Source: an uncultured Planctomycetia bacterium (GTDB lineage: Bacteria; Omnitrophota; Gorgyraeia; Tantalellales; Tantalellaceae). Taken from it: a DNA stretch of 64,000 bases. Positions 8,791 through 20,784 of this stretch are shown here, piece after piece. The DNA lies in the NCBI GenBank assembly GCA_964565425.1, contig CAZMEZ010000003.1, positions 18,991 to 82,990 of the forward strand, in the 5' to 3' direction. Numbering within the stretch: the first letter of the stretch is position 1; each line of letters opens with the position of its first letter. Made by a program: the position numbers and the translations under genes. The notes under the pieces were generated by a model. It was given only the letters and a program-made list of their open reading frames with translations, was not told the origin of the DNA and did no database searches.

Positions 8791-9597
8791 ATGCTCAAAA
8801 GAAAGAAACTTATATTCACGGCGTTCATAATGCTGGCTCCTTTCCTGTCGGGATGGATCTTCACCGTCAACCAGGCCACGGACGAGGAAGAAATGATCTT
8901 TATCCCCCCGGCCAAAGAAAGGAGCATGGGAAGAAAACTGCATAAGAAGATCCTCGATAAGTTCGACCTGCCGGTGGACCCGCTAATGCAGGAAAGGGTC
9001 TCGCGTATAGGTGAAAAACTTGCCCGGGCCGGCGACAGGAAAGACATAGTATACCGTTTTACCGTGCTTGATAATGAAAAGGACAATTGCTTTAACGCTT
9101 TCGCCGCGCCGGGTGGTTATATTTATATATTTGACGATCTGGCGGAAGCCGTAGAGACCGACGATAACATCGCCGCGGTCCTCGCCCATGAGATGGGCCA
9201 CATTGAAGCAAAGCACGCCGTCAAGAGGATGCAGGGTAACGTCGCTATCGCGGCTCTTATGCTGGTAAGCGCGCAGATGAAAAGCGAGAAGGGCACGCGC
9301 GGGAAGGCGGCATGCGCCATCACCGAGCTCATGGGCGCTTATTCGCGTCAGGATGAGAAGCAGGCGGATGAGCTCTCGGTAAAATATCTCAAGGACGCCG
9401 GGTACGACCCGCGGGCCGCCGTGAAAGTGATAGAAAAGCTTAAAGCGCTGCGTAAGAAAGCGCCCCGCGCGCGGTATTCCTATTACAGGAGCCATCCTTA
9501 TCTTTCGGAGAGGGCGTCATATCTTGAAAAATACGCGAGGGGACATGCGAGCTTCGATTCATATATCAATCTTGTGACGGATAAGGGCGGGATGTGA
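8791..9597 (+). CDS. M48 family metalloprotease (BepA/YfgC/Oma1-like)
   Basis: NAFAAPGG, LAHEMGH, YSRQDEKQAD, SHP motifs; N-terminal hydrophobic segment. Confidence 0.9.
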   Translation: MLKRKKLIFTAFIMLAPFLSGWIFTVNQATDEEEMIFIPPAKERSMGRKLHKKILDKFDLPVDPLMQERVSRIGEKLARAGDRKDIVYRFTVLDNEKDNCFNAFAAPGGYIYIFDDLAEAVETDDNIAAVLAHEMGHIEAKHAVKRMQGNVAIAALMLVSAQMKSEKGTRGKAACAITELMGAYSRQDEKQADELSVKYLKDAGYDPRAAVKVIEKLKALRKKAPRARYSYYRSHPYLSERASYLEKYARGHASFDSYINLVTDKGGM

Positions 9598-9672
9598 GGC
9601 GGTCTTTACGTTTGGGTCTTTTTCATTTATAATACAACAAACCATTTGTTTCCGGGGAAGAGGAGGTGCGGG

Positions 9673-10149
9673 GTGAAAAAAATAGCGATAGTATATTATT
9701 CCAGGACCGGGAATACCGAGGCCATGGCCCGCCTGGTGGAGGAAGGGGCGAAGACCGAGCCGGACGTGCAGGCAGATACAGTGAACGTCGATTCGTTCCC
9801 GGCAAAGAAGGCGCTGGAATACGACGGCTTGATAGTCGGCTCTCCGACGTATTACGGTTCAATGGCATATCAGGTAAAGAAATTTTTCGACGATTCCGTG
9901 GCTTTTCACGGCAAACTTTCGGGCAAGGTGGGAGCCGCTTTTTCTTCGGCGGCGAATATCGGCGGCGGCAACGAAACGACGATAGCGGGCATATTGAACG
10001 CGATGCTGGTACACGGGATGATAATCCGCGGCGACCACAACGGTGATCATTACGGCCCCGTGTCGATAGGGGCCCCCGATGAACGTGTCGAGAAGCAATG
10101 CCGTTTACTCGGCAAAAAAGTGGCAGCGATGGCGAAGAAACTGACGTAA
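9673..10149 (+). CDS. Flavodoxin / WrbA-like NAD(P)H:quinone oxidoreductase
   Basis: YYSRTGNT FMN loop, GSPTYYG, GGGNET; AGGAGG RBS before GTG. Confidence 0.88.
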   Translation: MKKIAIVYYSRTGNTEAMARLVEEGAKTEPDVQADTVNVDSFPAKKALEYDGLIVGSPTYYGSMAYQVKKFFDDSVAFHGKLSGKVGAAFSSAANIGGGNETTIAGILNAMLVHGMIIRGDHNGDHYGPVSIGAPDERVEKQCRLLGKKVAAMAKKLT

Positions 10150-10203
10150 CATATCCGCGGGCCGCAGATCACAGGCATCGGATTTCAACGGAAAGGAAGA
10201 ACA

Positions 10204-11526
10204 TTGAGCAAGACATTTGTTCTTGATACCAACGTTATATTGCATAACCCCAATTCGATAATCTCGTTCAGCGACAACACCGTTCTTCTCCCGATAGAGG
10301 TGCTCGAAGAGCTGGACAGGTTCAAGAGGGACCACGACGAAAAGGGGCGTAACGCCAGGATCGCCATAAGGATGCTTGACGAGATGCGCAAGAGAGGCGA
10401 ACCCGGCGAAGGTTACCCCATGGATAACGGCGGGGTGTTGAAGATCTCGACGGGCCTGGATTACGATATCCTGGCCGAAGTGGGGTTATCAAAAGACCTG
10501 ACGGATAACAGGATCCTGCTTACTGCCCATATGTTGAAAGCCAAAGGCGAGAACGTTATTTTCGTTTCCAAGGACATCAACGCGAGGATCAAGGCCGACG
10601 CGCTGGGCGTACCGAGCGTGGATTTTGAGAAACACAAGGTTGATTTCGAGCATCTCTACGGCGGATGGCACGCGGTAGAAGTGGCGAGGAGCGAAATAGA
10701 CGCCTTTTACAAGGAAAAGAAGTTCCCGGTCAAGAAGGACGAGTTTTATCCGAACGAGTTCGCTCTTCTGGTGGACAAGGAAGACCCCAAACATACGGCT
10801 ATAGGGCGGTATAAGGAGGAATTCGGGATACTGATGCCGCTCATATTCAACAAAACCCATGTAATGTCCATACGGCCGCGTAACAAAGAACAGGCGATGG
10901 CTATTGAGCTTCTTTTGAATAACGATATAAGTCTTGTGACCCTGATGGGGCCCGCCGGAACGGGGAAGACGCTTTTGGCGATCGCGGCCGGTCTTCAGAA
11001 GGCGGTCAAGGATAAATCCTATACCGGGCTTCTTATATCGAGGCCGGTCATGCCGCTGGGCAGGGATATCGGATATCTTCCGGGGACCAAGGAGGAAAAG
11101 CTCGAGAGCTGGATGGGGCCGATATACGACAACCTTGAGTACATATTCAACGCCGAAAAAAAAGACAAGGACTCGAAGGTTAATGTCAAGACGCAGATCG
11201 AGAAATACATAAAAGAGGAGATAATAGAGCTTGAAGCCATGACTTTCATGAGAGGGCGAAGTATACCCAGTCGCTTCATAATAATCGACGAAGCGCAAAA
11301 CCTCACTCCGCATGAGGTAAAAACGGTCATAAGCCGCGCGGGCAATTACACAAAAATGGTCCTTACGGGTGATCCTTACCAGATAGACAACCCGTATCTC
11401 GATTCGTCCAGCAACGGTTTGGCGTATTGCGTCGATAAAATGAAAGGGCAGAAGGCTTTCGGCCATGTGACTTTCGCTAAGAGCGAGAGGAGTTCTCTGG
11501 CTTCGCTGGCCGCTGAACTGTTATAG
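10204..11526 (+). CDS. PhoH2/YlaK-type PIN plus PhoH ATPase
   Basis: VLDTNV PIN motif, GPAGTGKT Walker A, IGYLPG, RGRS, DEAQN, TGDP.QID. Confidence 0.93.
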   Translation: MSKTFVLDTNVILHNPNSIISFSDNTVLLPIEVLEELDRFKRDHDEKGRNARIAIRMLDEMRKRGEPGEGYPMDNGGVLKISTGLDYDILAEVGLSKDLTDNRILLTAHMLKAKGENVIFVSKDINARIKADALGVPSVDFEKHKVDFEHLYGGWHAVEVARSEIDAFYKEKKFPVKKDEFYPNEFALLVDKEDPKHTAIGRYKEEFGILMPLIFNKTHVMSIRPRNKEQAMAIELLLNNDISLVTLMGPAGTGKTLLAIAAGLQKAVKDKSYTGLLISRPVMPLGRDIGYLPGTKEEKLESWMGPIYDNLEYIFNAEKKDKDSKVNVKTQIEKYIKEEIIELEAMTFMRGRSIPSRFIIIDEAQNLTPHEVKTVISRAGNYTKMVLTGDPYQIDNPYLDSSSNGLAYCVDKMKGQKAFGHVTFAKSERSSLASLAAELL

Positions 11527-11534
11527 ATGACGGT

Positions 11535-11702
11535 ATGAACATAAACATACGCTACATAAAAGAGACCGATGTTTTCGAGGTACAGGCCGTCGAAAAAAAA
11601 CTGCGATCACATTTTCTGCTGTCGCGAGCGGAGCTGAACAAGCTGAGGACGATGCTCGAAAAGGCCCTGCTCGACAGCAAGAGCCCCAAAGGTAAAAAAT
11701 AA
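11535..11702 (+). CDS. Small hypothetical protein (55 aa), not in the supplied ORF track
   Basis: MNINIRYIKETDVFEVQAVEKKLRSHFLLSRAELNKLRTMLEKALLDSKSPKGKK*, starts 8 bp after the PhoH stop. Confidence 0.55.
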   Translation: MNINIRYIKETDVFEVQAVEKKLRSHFLLSRAELNKLRTMLEKALLDSKSPKGKK

Positions 11703-11739
11703 GGATGAACGAACGGGGCAGGCCGGGTTTTTAGAGGGG

Positions 11740-12234
11740 ATGCTTATGTGTAAAATACGTAACATCAAAAAAAAATTGATCGCTCTGTTATGTTTCCTTA
11801 TTCCGGGCCTTTTTTTGGCGGGGCCGGGTTTTGCCGCCGGGAAGGACCGGGGCACCCGCACCCGCGAGAAAAAAGTCAAATGGGTCAAAACAAAAACAGG
11901 GCTTAACAGCCTTATCCAGCTCTCCAAGGACCGCAATACGATGGAGAAAGAATACGCGCAGGAGACCCGGAACTATGAGAAGCTCAGGGATGCCGTCGAA
12001 GGGGAGTATCTGAAGGAAGGCATGCCGGTCGCCGCGGTCGAAAGAAAGTTCGGGAAGCCCGTAGTAGCGTTTCCCGGAGAGGGCGGCGGCACGACAAATC
12101 GGGTTTATAAGCCCGGGGACGAGTCTTTCCTGGACGGAGGCAAAAAGATATACCTTATCTTTGATGACAATGGCAGCCTGGTCAAATGGCAGAACATAGA
12201 TAAGGCAGGGGCGGAACCGGGAGCCGGGGAATAG
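11740..12234 (+). CDS. Exported hypothetical protein
   Basis: Signal peptide; C-terminal GM....V...FGKP...YLIFD.NG.L resembles the BamE/SmpA-like fold. Confidence 0.65.
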   Translation: MLMCKIRNIKKKLIALLCFLIPGLFLAGPGFAAGKDRGTRTREKKVKWVKTKTGLNSLIQLSKDRNTMEKEYAQETRNYEKLRDAVEGEYLKEGMPVAAVERKFGKPVVAFPGEGGGTTNRVYKPGDESFLDGGKKIYLIFDDNGSLVKWQNIDKAGAEPGAGE

Positions 12235-12242
12235 CATGGCGG

Positions 12243-13334
12243 TTATTCCGCCATTGCGTAGGTATGGCCTTTATCGTATCCCTTATAATGCGCTTCCAGT
12301 ATCTCCTGGGCCGGCTTGTTCTGCGGCGTGAACTGACGATTATAAGTTCCTCCCGCGTAGACGTTAGTATCCCATTTCCACCAATAGACGCCCGCGAGCC
12401 AGCGTTCACCCCAGACCGTTTCGAAAAAAGCCCTGTAGCATTTGGCCTGCATTTCGGGGTCGGCGTTGCCTTCCAGTCCGTTCTGCCAGGGCATGTAAGG
12501 GGCGTGGGAAGCGCTCGGATATCCTATTTCGGTGAAGATTATAGGCTTATTTATTTTCTTTTGCCATATTTCCAGGTCTGACTTCCATTTTTCCCAGCCT
12601 TTTTTAAGGTCGTCAACGGTCGGGTCGGATTTGTAGGTCAGAGGGAAATAGGCATCGATCCCGACGTAGTCAAGCTCGTCCCAGAATCTTATGTTCTTGA
12701 AGTTGTCCCAGTTCGCCGCGTAAACGAGCTTTCCCGGATATATTTTACGGACCTTGGCTATCAGTTCTCTCCATTCGGCTTCCTTTTGCGTGGTAAAGGA
12801 GAGTTCGGTACCGATGCAAAAAAGTTCAACGTCGAGATCTCTGGCCAAACGCGCATATTTCAATATGAATTTGCCGTACGCGTCGAACCATTTCTTCCAG
12901 TCGTTTTCGCATGCGAAACCTATGTCCGCGCGCCAATATGTGCCGTCATATTTGTCAATGAGGTCGATATGCGGTTTCAGCGCGACTTTAATGCCGAGTT
13001 TATGGGCCGTTATGATGACGTGACGCAGGCTTCTCGAGCTTGGGCTCTTGTCCGTGGCTTTTATTTCTGTCGAATTATATTTTTCCTGATAATGGGTCGC
13101 GCATACCGAGATATATTCAACGCCGAGGGAGGCGAGTTTTTTAAGGGATTCATCGGAAAATTCAGAGGCAAAACGGTCCTTGTCCCAGGTAACGTAGCAT
13201 ACCCCCTTTTGCAACGGCAAAAATGCGGTTTCGGAATGAAGATCGCAGGGGGGGAATAGGAGCGACATAATTAAAACCGTTGCCAACAAGACGCTCGATA
13301 TACCGTTCTGTTCCTTATCACGGCGCATTGACAT
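12243..13334 (-). CDS. Glycoside hydrolase family 113-like (beta-mannanase-like TIM barrel)
   Basis: LKPHI, WR..IG, IGTEL (acid/base Glu), YAANWD, GIDAYFPL, FTEIGY (nucleophile Glu); GGAGGA RBS before ATG 13334; N-terminal hydrophobic segment. Confidence 0.85.
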   Translation of the reverse strand: MSMRRDKEQNGISSVLLATVLIMSLLFPPCDLHSETAFLPLQKGVCYVTWDKDRFASEFSDESLKKLASLGVEYISVCATHYQEKYNSTEIKATDKSPSSRSLRHVIITAHKLGIKVALKPHIDLIDKYDGTYWRADIGFACENDWKKWFDAYGKFILKYARLARDLDVELFCIGTELSFTTQKEAEWRELIAKVRKIYPGKLVYAANWDNFKNIRFWDELDYVGIDAYFPLTYKSDPTVDDLKKGWEKWKSDLEIWQKKINKPIIFTEIGYPSASHAPYMPWQNGLEGNADPEMQAKCYRAFFETVWGERWLAGVYWWKWDTNVYAGGTYNRQFTPQNKPAQEILEAHYKGYDKGHTYAMAE

Positions 13335-13346
13335 TTTATCCTCCGG

Positions 13347-13394
13347 AAAAATAAAAAACCCTATTCGATAAAGGTCGCTCCATATCGAATAGGG
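13347..13394 (-). terminator. Intrinsic terminator forming the riboswitch expression platform
   Basis: Minus strand CCCTATTCGATA-loop-TATCGAATAGGG followed by TTTTTTATTTTT, just upstream of the RBS. Confidence 0.85.
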
Positions 13395-13429
13395 CTGCAA
13401 GAATCCGGCAATAAATGCCAACATACATT

Positions 13430-13626
13430 GCATAAATTCGGCGGTCCGACTGCCATGCCCATCGTGAACGAAGAGGGGTTAGGCTCGTGACTTTGCAGTC
13501 CTATTCTTTCGAATAGTTTGCCCCGTTAGAGATAGTGTCCCTAACGTGGCAAGCCCCATTGTCCTTAACCCCGATAGAAAAGATTTTCTAACGGGGTATA
13601 ACGGGGTTTGCCTTTATCGATCATGC
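13430..13626 (-). promoter_or_regulatory. Cyclic di-GMP-I (GEMM) riboswitch, interrupted by an insertion
   Basis: Minus strand GGGCAAACTATTC-GAAA-GAATAGGACTGCAAAGTCACGAGCCTAA...ATGGCAGTCGGACCGCCGAA matches the class I consensus; the original 5' P1 strand lies at 13607-13626. Confidence 0.88.
13521..13606. mobile_element. Palindromic MITE/REP-like element with a nested second copy
   Basis: Ends CCCCGTTA...TAACGGGG, flanked by a TTTG 4-bp direct repeat (13517-13520 and 13607-13610); inner copy CCCCGATAGAAAAGATTTTCTAACGGGG at 13569-13596. Confidence 0.8.
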
Positions 13627-13856
13627 GAAAATCAGGGTTTAAAAGAACTTTCTCGCCTACAATATCGATTTTAATGATAGAAAAATAAAAAGCAAGATAC
13701 TAACATTTAACTTTTTTATATTTAACGCCTAAATATATATAAACAATATGATATTTTGTTTGTCTTGGCTCCCCAATTTCATTATAATTAGTAGGAAATT
13801 AATTTGCATCTGGTATGGAAATGCCTTGATATTTAACGCTTGGAGGGGAAGGCAGA

Positions 13857-14333
13857 ATGGCGAAGGGAAAGATATCATTGACGCGGGCGGGCCGCGATAA
13901 GATCGTTAAGGAATTGGAAGAGTTGAAAGGCGAAAAAAGGCGCGAGATCGCGAAACAGCTGGCCGAGGCCAGGGCGCATGGTGATCTCAGCGAGAACGCC
14001 GAATACGACGCCGCTAAAGAGGCGCAGGCAATGAATGAAAAGCGTATCGCAGAATTGGAAGAGACACTGATGCGCGCGCGGATAATAGATGAAGACTCCG
14101 TCCCCAAGGACCAGGCTCTGCTTGGCGCGACCGTCCGGGTAAAGGACCTCAGAGGAGGGCAGGAATTCGATTATATCCTCGTGTCGGAGGAGGAGGCGGA
14201 TTTTGAAAATGATAAGATATCCATAACGTCTCCGGTGGGGGGCGCTCTCTTAGGCCACAAGGTTGGAGATGTTGTCGAGATAGCGGTTCCGGCGGGGGCG
14301 CTGGAGTATGAGATAGTTAAGATAAGCAGGTGA
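13857..14333 (+). CDS. greA: Transcription elongation factor GreA
   Basis: ARAHGDLSENAEYDAAKE, ISITSPVGGALLG. Confidence 0.97.
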   Translation: MAKGKISLTRAGRDKIVKELEELKGEKRREIAKQLAEARAHGDLSENAEYDAAKEAQAMNEKRIAELEETLMRARIIDEDSVPKDQALLGATVRVKDLRGGQEFDYILVSEEEADFENDKISITSPVGGALLGHKVGDVVEIAVPAGALEYEIVKISR

Positions 14334-14350
14334 CGGGTGACGAGTGACGG
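14330..14350. repeat. 7-mer array GTGACGR x3 containing the greA stop codon
   Basis: GTGACGG GTGACGA GTGACGG; inverse family at 50460-50487. Confidence 0.65.
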
Positions 14351-14357
14351 GAGAGGC

Positions 14358-14921
14358 ATGAGGAGAGAGATAGATCTGGCCTTGGCGACGAGGATTATAA
14401 ATCATGGGCCGGTAGTTATGGTTACCTCGCAGTTCGACGGGAAAACGGATATCACGCCTGTAGCGTGGACCATGCCCGTTCAAAAGAAGCCCCCCGTAAT
14501 AGTCCTGGAGATAAGCGAGGGGCATTTTATCTTTGAGTGTATCATTAAAACGGGGGATTTCGCCGTGAACGTTCCCCCTAAATCCCTTGCGGGGGATATA
14601 GTTAAATGCGGGAGCGTTTCCGGAAGGGACGCGGATAAATTCAGCACGTCCGGGTTTAACGCGGAGCCGTCCAAGAAAATAGCGTCGCCTTCGATAAAAG
14701 AAGCGATGGCGGTACTTGAGTGCGAATTGATAAGGGACGAGCATCTTCTTAAGGAATATAACATGGTCCTGGGCGAGGTAAAGTACGCCGAAGCCGATGG
14801 GGAAGCTTTTAGCGAACACTGGCTTTTCGAACGGGAGGATCTCATGACCGTCCATCATCTGGGAGACAGGACATTCGCCTTTCCGGGCGGCGTGATAGAC
14901 CTCAGAAAAGATAAAATTTAA
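14358..14921 (+). CDS. Flavin reductase / flavoredoxin family protein
   Basis: GPVVMVT, FAVNVP, CGSVSGRDADKF, LECEL motifs. Confidence 0.87.
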   Translation: MRREIDLALATRIINHGPVVMVTSQFDGKTDITPVAWTMPVQKKPPVIVLEISEGHFIFECIIKTGDFAVNVPPKSLAGDIVKCGSVSGRDADKFSTSGFNAEPSKKIASPSIKEAMAVLECELIRDEHLLKEYNMVLGEVKYAEADGEAFSEHWLFEREDLMTVHHLGDRTFAFPGGVIDLRKDKI

Positions 14922-14961
14922 AATATAAAAGTAAAAAAAGAATTAAAATCCGGGAATTGTT

Positions 14962-15987
14962 ATGTGGAAGAAACTGATAATCGCGGTATTGCTGGTCATG
15001 GTCGTGTGGTCGTTCCTTCCGCTCATACCGTTCTGGTTCATGGAGGGGGCGGGTCTGGATGAAAATAACAGGGCCGGTGTAGAAAAGCTGACAAATAATA
15101 AAGGCTCGTATTTTTCCTTCATAGTGTTCGGGGACAACCATTCGGGCTTGATATTCAACGACGCCGCGACCCTCAAGGAGATATGGCACATGAACAGGGA
15201 GGACCGGTTCAGGAAGGTGCCGATAGATTTCGTGCTTAGCGTGGGCGACATAACTCTTGACGGGAAAAGATCGCATTTTGTAGCCTTCAAGAAGATGCAG
15301 GAATTGATCAAATTCCCGCTGATAACCGCTATAGGCAACCACGATGACAGGAAGCTTTTTGAGGAGTTTTGCGGCGATAAGGAATTTTCTTTCGTCAACA
15401 GGAATTCCTATTTCATCATTGTTGATAACGAGGAAGGCGCGCTGAGCGAATCACAGTTCAATTGGCTGGAGGAAAAGCTCAAGGAGGGGGAGGGATACGA
15501 CCACATTTTCATAGCCCTGCATAAACCGCCGTTCGATCCTTGCCAGCAGGAGTGGTATAACGAAGATAACAGCCCCTGGGCTTACAGGTTCCGGAAGCTT
15601 TGCGGCGAATACGGCGTCGACATGGTATTTTCCGGACATAAACACATGTTCAAGCGGGAAGAGTTTGACGGTGTCGAGAATATAGTGACCGGTGGCGGTG
15701 GAATGCTTATAGAGATACCGGAAGCGGATGGCGGTTATCTTCATTACGTGAGGGTGATGGTCAACAACGATTACGTTACTTACGAGGTAAGGAGGATATC
15801 ACCGCCTTTTTGGGAATATCTGACTTATTATTTCTGGAAAGAGGCGATATATTGGGTTCGTAACTTTTACGGTTCGGGATATGTTTTCGGACGGAACACC
15901 AGAATAGAGCCGCTTAGGGTGTCGGACCTTAACGACCGGGAATATTGGATCTGGCCGGCTAAAAGGGGAGCGGGCAAAGGACAATAG
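14962..15987 (+). CDS. Calcineurin-like metallophosphoesterase, membrane-anchored
   Basis: GDNH, GDIT, GNHD, H, GHKH metal-binding motifs. Confidence 0.88.
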   Translation: MWKKLIIAVLLVMVVWSFLPLIPFWFMEGAGLDENNRAGVEKLTNNKGSYFSFIVFGDNHSGLIFNDAATLKEIWHMNREDRFRKVPIDFVLSVGDITLDGKRSHFVAFKKMQELIKFPLITAIGNHDDRKLFEEFCGDKEFSFVNRNSYFIIVDNEEGALSESQFNWLEEKLKEGEGYDHIFIALHKPPFDPCQQEWYNEDNSPWAYRFRKLCGEYGVDMVFSGHKHMFKREEFDGVENIVTGGGGMLIEIPEADGGYLHYVRVMVNNDYVTYEVRRISPPFWEYLTYYFWKEAIYWVRNFYGSGYVFGRNTRIEPLRVSDLNDREYWIWPAKRGAGKGQ

Positions 15988-16013
15988 ACGAATTCGACAG
16001 CGGACAAAGCCAG

Positions 16014-16050
16014 AAAAAATAGCCCGGGACGCAAGCCCGGGCTATTTTTT
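16014..16050 (+). terminator. Intrinsic terminator
   Basis: AAAAAATAGCCCGGG-loop-CCCGGGCTATTTTTT. Confidence 0.85.
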
Positions 16051-16059
16051 ACAAAAATA

Positions 16060-16088
16060 TTGACAATGCGAACAAATTATGGTATTCT
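16060..16088 (+). promoter_or_regulatory. Sigma70-type promoter of the sulfur operon
   Basis: TTGACA, 17 bp spacer, TATTCT with upstream TG. Confidence 0.65.
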
Positions 16089-16118
16089 ACTATTTGTCTA
16101 TAGGGAAATAGGAGAATT

Positions 16119-17959
<1,841 letters not shown>

Positions 17960-17973
17960 TTTTTGAAGGAGGC

Positions 17974-18906
17974 ATGATGATATACGATGACATTACTCAG
18001 ACGGTAGGGAATACCCCGCTGATCCGTTTGTCTAAGATAGATAGCGGCCTTCCGGGCAACATATTCGCCAAAGCGGAGTTCTTCAACCCCCTGGGGAGCG
18101 TCAAGGACAGGATAGGCCTCGCCATGATAGAGGCAGCCGAAAAGGAAGGCAAGCTGAAAAAAGGTTCCATCATCATTGAGCCCACCAGCGGCAATACCGG
18201 CATAGCGCTTGCTTTTATCTCGGCAGCCAAGGGGTACAAACTCGTGCTTACCATGCCTGATACCATGAGCGCGGAGAGACGTGCGCTCCTGAGGATATTC
18301 GGCGCCGAGGTAGTGCTTACTCCCGGGGAAAAAGGCATGAAAGGGGCTGTTGATAAAGCCGAAGAGATGGTATCGAAAACGCCGGGCGCGTTCATGCCGC
18401 AGCAGTTCGAGAACCCCGCTAATCCCGGGATCCACCAAAAGACCACGGCGCAGGAGATATGGAACGATACCGACGGGAAAGTCGGCGTATTTGTTGCCGG
18501 CATAGGGACGGGCGGCACCATAACGGGTGTCGGCGAGGTCCTTAAAGGCAGAAAACCCGGTGTCAAGATCATCGGTGTGGAACCCAGGGATTCGGCGATC
18601 CTTTCCGGCGGCCAGCCCGGGCCGCATAAGATACAGGGGATCGGCGCGGGTTTCATTCCTAAGGTCTTGAAAAAAGAACTGTTAGATGAGATAATAACGA
18701 TTCATGACGACGTTGCCGGGGAGATGTCGCGGCGGCTGGCGAAGGAAGAAGGCCTGCTTGTCGGCATATCGGCCGGCGCCAACGTTGCCGCGAGCGTAAA
18801 GGTGGCGTCCAGGGAAGAGAACAAGAATAAGAATATCGTGACCGTGTTATGTGATACCGGTGAAAGATATTTAAGCACTTGGCTTTTCGAGGAATTCCTG
18901 GATTGA
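17974..18906 (+). CDS. cysK: Cysteine synthase A
   Basis: [37 protein letters not shown]; AGGAGG RBS. Confidence 0.96.
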   Translation: MMIYDDITQTVGNTPLIRLSKIDSGLPGNIFAKAEFFNPLGSVKDRIGLAMIEAAEKEGKLKKGSIIIEPTSGNTGIALAFISAAKGYKLVLTMPDTMSAERRALLRIFGAEVVLTPGEKGMKGAVDKAEEMVSKTPGAFMPQQFENPANPGIHQKTTAQEIWNDTDGKVGVFVAGIGTGGTITGVGEVLKGRKPGVKIIGVEPRDSAILSGGQPGPHKIQGIGAGFIPKVLKKELLDEIITIHDDVAGEMSRRLAKEEGLLVGISAGANVAASVKVASREENKNKNIVTVLCDTGERYLSTWLFEEFLD

Positions 18907-18931
18907 CCGGGGTAAGCAAGCCAGAGGGAAT

Positions 18932-20086
18932 ATGACCGAAAAAACCAGAAAAAGCAAAAAACAGTACGTGGAGACGAAATACTATAACATGCCCGAGGGC
19001 GAGAAGTTTGTCCTGGAAAGCGGCGTAAAACTCGGTGAGCTTAAGGTAGCGTATGAGGCGTACGGCGAGCTGAACAAGCAAAAAGACAACGCGGTCCTTA
19101 TATGTCACGCCCTTTCCGGTGACGCGCACGCGGCGGGTTATCACCACGGTGATACTAAACCCGGCTGGTGGGATGAGATGATAGGCCCCGGTAAGGCTTT
19201 TGACACGGAAAAGTATTTCGTGATCTGCTCGAACGTGATCGGCGGATGCAAGGGGTCGAGCGGACCCAATTCGATCAACCCTCTTACGGGCGAACCGTAT
19301 GGGCTCAGTTTCCCGATAGTGTCCGTAAGGGACATGGTGAACGCACAGAAAAAGCTTTTGGACCACCTCGGCATAGAAAGGATTCTTTCCGTATGCGGCG
19401 GTTCGATGGGCGGCATGCAGGCCCTTCAGTGGGTCGTTACGCATCCTGAAAGCGTAGTATCCTGCATGCCGATCGCCACGGCCTATAAGCATTCAGCCCA
19501 GCAGATAGCCTTCGACGAAGTCGGCAGGCAGGCCATAATGGCCGACCCCGCATGGAACGGCGGCGACTATTATGATAAGGGGCATCCATCCGCGGGTCTC
19601 GCGGTAGCCAGGATGATAGGCCATATTACGTACATGAGCGATAAGTCCATGGAGGACAAGTTCGGCCGGGTGCTGAAGAAGGAGAAGCTTGGTTTTGAAT
19701 TCACTACGGAATTTGAGGTCGAAGGTTACCTGAGGTACAGGGGGGACAGTTTCGTAAAGAGATTTGACGCCAACTCGTATCTCTATATCACCAAGGCTAT
19801 GGATTATTTCGACCTCCTGAAAGACCAGAAACCGCACCAGATCTTCAAGGGCGTAAAAGCGCGTTTTCTTGTTATAGCGTTCAGCTCAGACTGGCTTTAT
19901 CCGTCTTACCAGTCCAAGGAGATAGTCAAGGCGCTGAAGATGAACGGGATCGACGTTACGTACTGTGAGATAAGCTCGGATTGCGGCCATGATGCCTTCC
20001 TTCTCGAGCTGGAAGAGGAATCGAAACTGATAAGGCATTTTCTGGATAACACGCACAAGAAACTGGAGAGAAAAGGTGACAAGTAA
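18932..20086 (+). CDS. metX: Homoserine O-acetyltransferase
   Basis: CHALSGD, GWWD, GGSMGGM, RFDANSY, GHDAFL. Confidence 0.96.
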   Translation: MTEKTRKSKKQYVETKYYNMPEGEKFVLESGVKLGELKVAYEAYGELNKQKDNAVLICHALSGDAHAAGYHHGDTKPGWWDEMIGPGKAFDTEKYFVICSNVIGGCKGSSGPNSINPLTGEPYGLSFPIVSVRDMVNAQKKLLDHLGIERILSVCGGSMGGMQALQWVVTHPESVVSCMPIATAYKHSAQQIAFDEVGRQAIMADPAWNGGDYYDKGHPSAGLAVARMIGHITYMSDKSMEDKFGRVLKKEKLGFEFTTEFEVEGYLRYRGDSFVKRFDANSYLYITKAMDYFDLLKDQKPHQIFKGVKARFLVIAFSSDWLYPSYQSKEIVKALKMNGIDVTYCEISSDCGHDAFLLELEEESKLIRHFLDNTHKKLERKGDK

Positions 20087-20681
20087 AAGAAAAGAGGATC
20101 TCAGGCTGGATCACAAGGTCATCGGCGATATGGTCGAGACCGGTTCGATGGTGCTTGATATGGGTTGCGGCGACGGGGATCTCCTGGAATATCTCGTGCT
20201 CCAAAAGGACGTAAAAGGCAACGGCGTGGAGATTAGCGAGGAAGCCATATATAAGTGCGTGGAAAAGGGCCTGAGCGTTTCCCAGGGGGATATAGATTCC
20301 GGACTCAAGGAGTACCCTGATAACCTGTTCGATTACATAATATTCAACCAGACGATGCAGCAGGTGCACAGGCCCAAGGAAGCCATAATAGAGGCCTTAA
20401 GGATAGGTAAAAAGGTCATAATAGGGTTCCCGAATTTCTGTTACTGGACGGCCAGGCTGCAGATATTTTTCACGGGCCATGTGCCCGTAACCCCGTCCCT
20501 GCCGTATTCCTGGTACGATACCCCGAACCTTCATTTTCTCAGCATCACGGATTTCAAGGATTTTTGCAGGGATTCGGATGTGGTGGTGGAGAAAAGCGTG
20601 TTTCTTTCCGACAATGGCATGGTGAAGATCATGCCTAACCTTTTTGCCCTTAACGCTGTTTTTCAGATATCGAAGAAATAG
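20076..20681 (+). CDS. metW: Methionine biosynthesis protein MetW
   Basis: [23 protein letters not shown]; directly follows metX. Confidence 0.93.
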   Translation: MTSKRKEDLRLDHKVIGDMVETGSMVLDMGCGDGDLLEYLVLQKDVKGNGVEISEEAIYKCVEKGLSVSQGDIDSGLKEYPDNLFDYIIFNQTMQQVHRPKEAIIEALRIGKKVIIGFPNFCYWTARLQIFFTGHVPVTPSLPYSWYDTPNLHFLSITDFKDFCRDSDVVVEKSVFLSDNGMVKIMPNLFALNAVFQISKK

Positions 20682-20773
20682 TGATGTGTGATGGGTAATG
20701 TGTGATGAGTCGCAGGTTGTGTGCGCATAACGCCATAGAATAACCCATCACCCCTCACTCGTCACCCATCACT
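20681..20773. repeat. Inverted 7-mer arrays (GTGATGD / CCATCAC)
   Basis: GTGATGT GTGATGG GTAATGT GTGATGA ... CCATCAC CCCTCAC TCGTCAC CCATCAC. Confidence 0.85.
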
Positions 20774-20784
20774 TAAATATTATC

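Noticed and set aside
13505-13615. c-AMP-GMP (GEMM-Ib) specificity of the riboswitch
   Set aside because: The base before GC-AAAC (the G20 equivalent) is G in both the original and the regenerated junction, which points to c-di-GMP.
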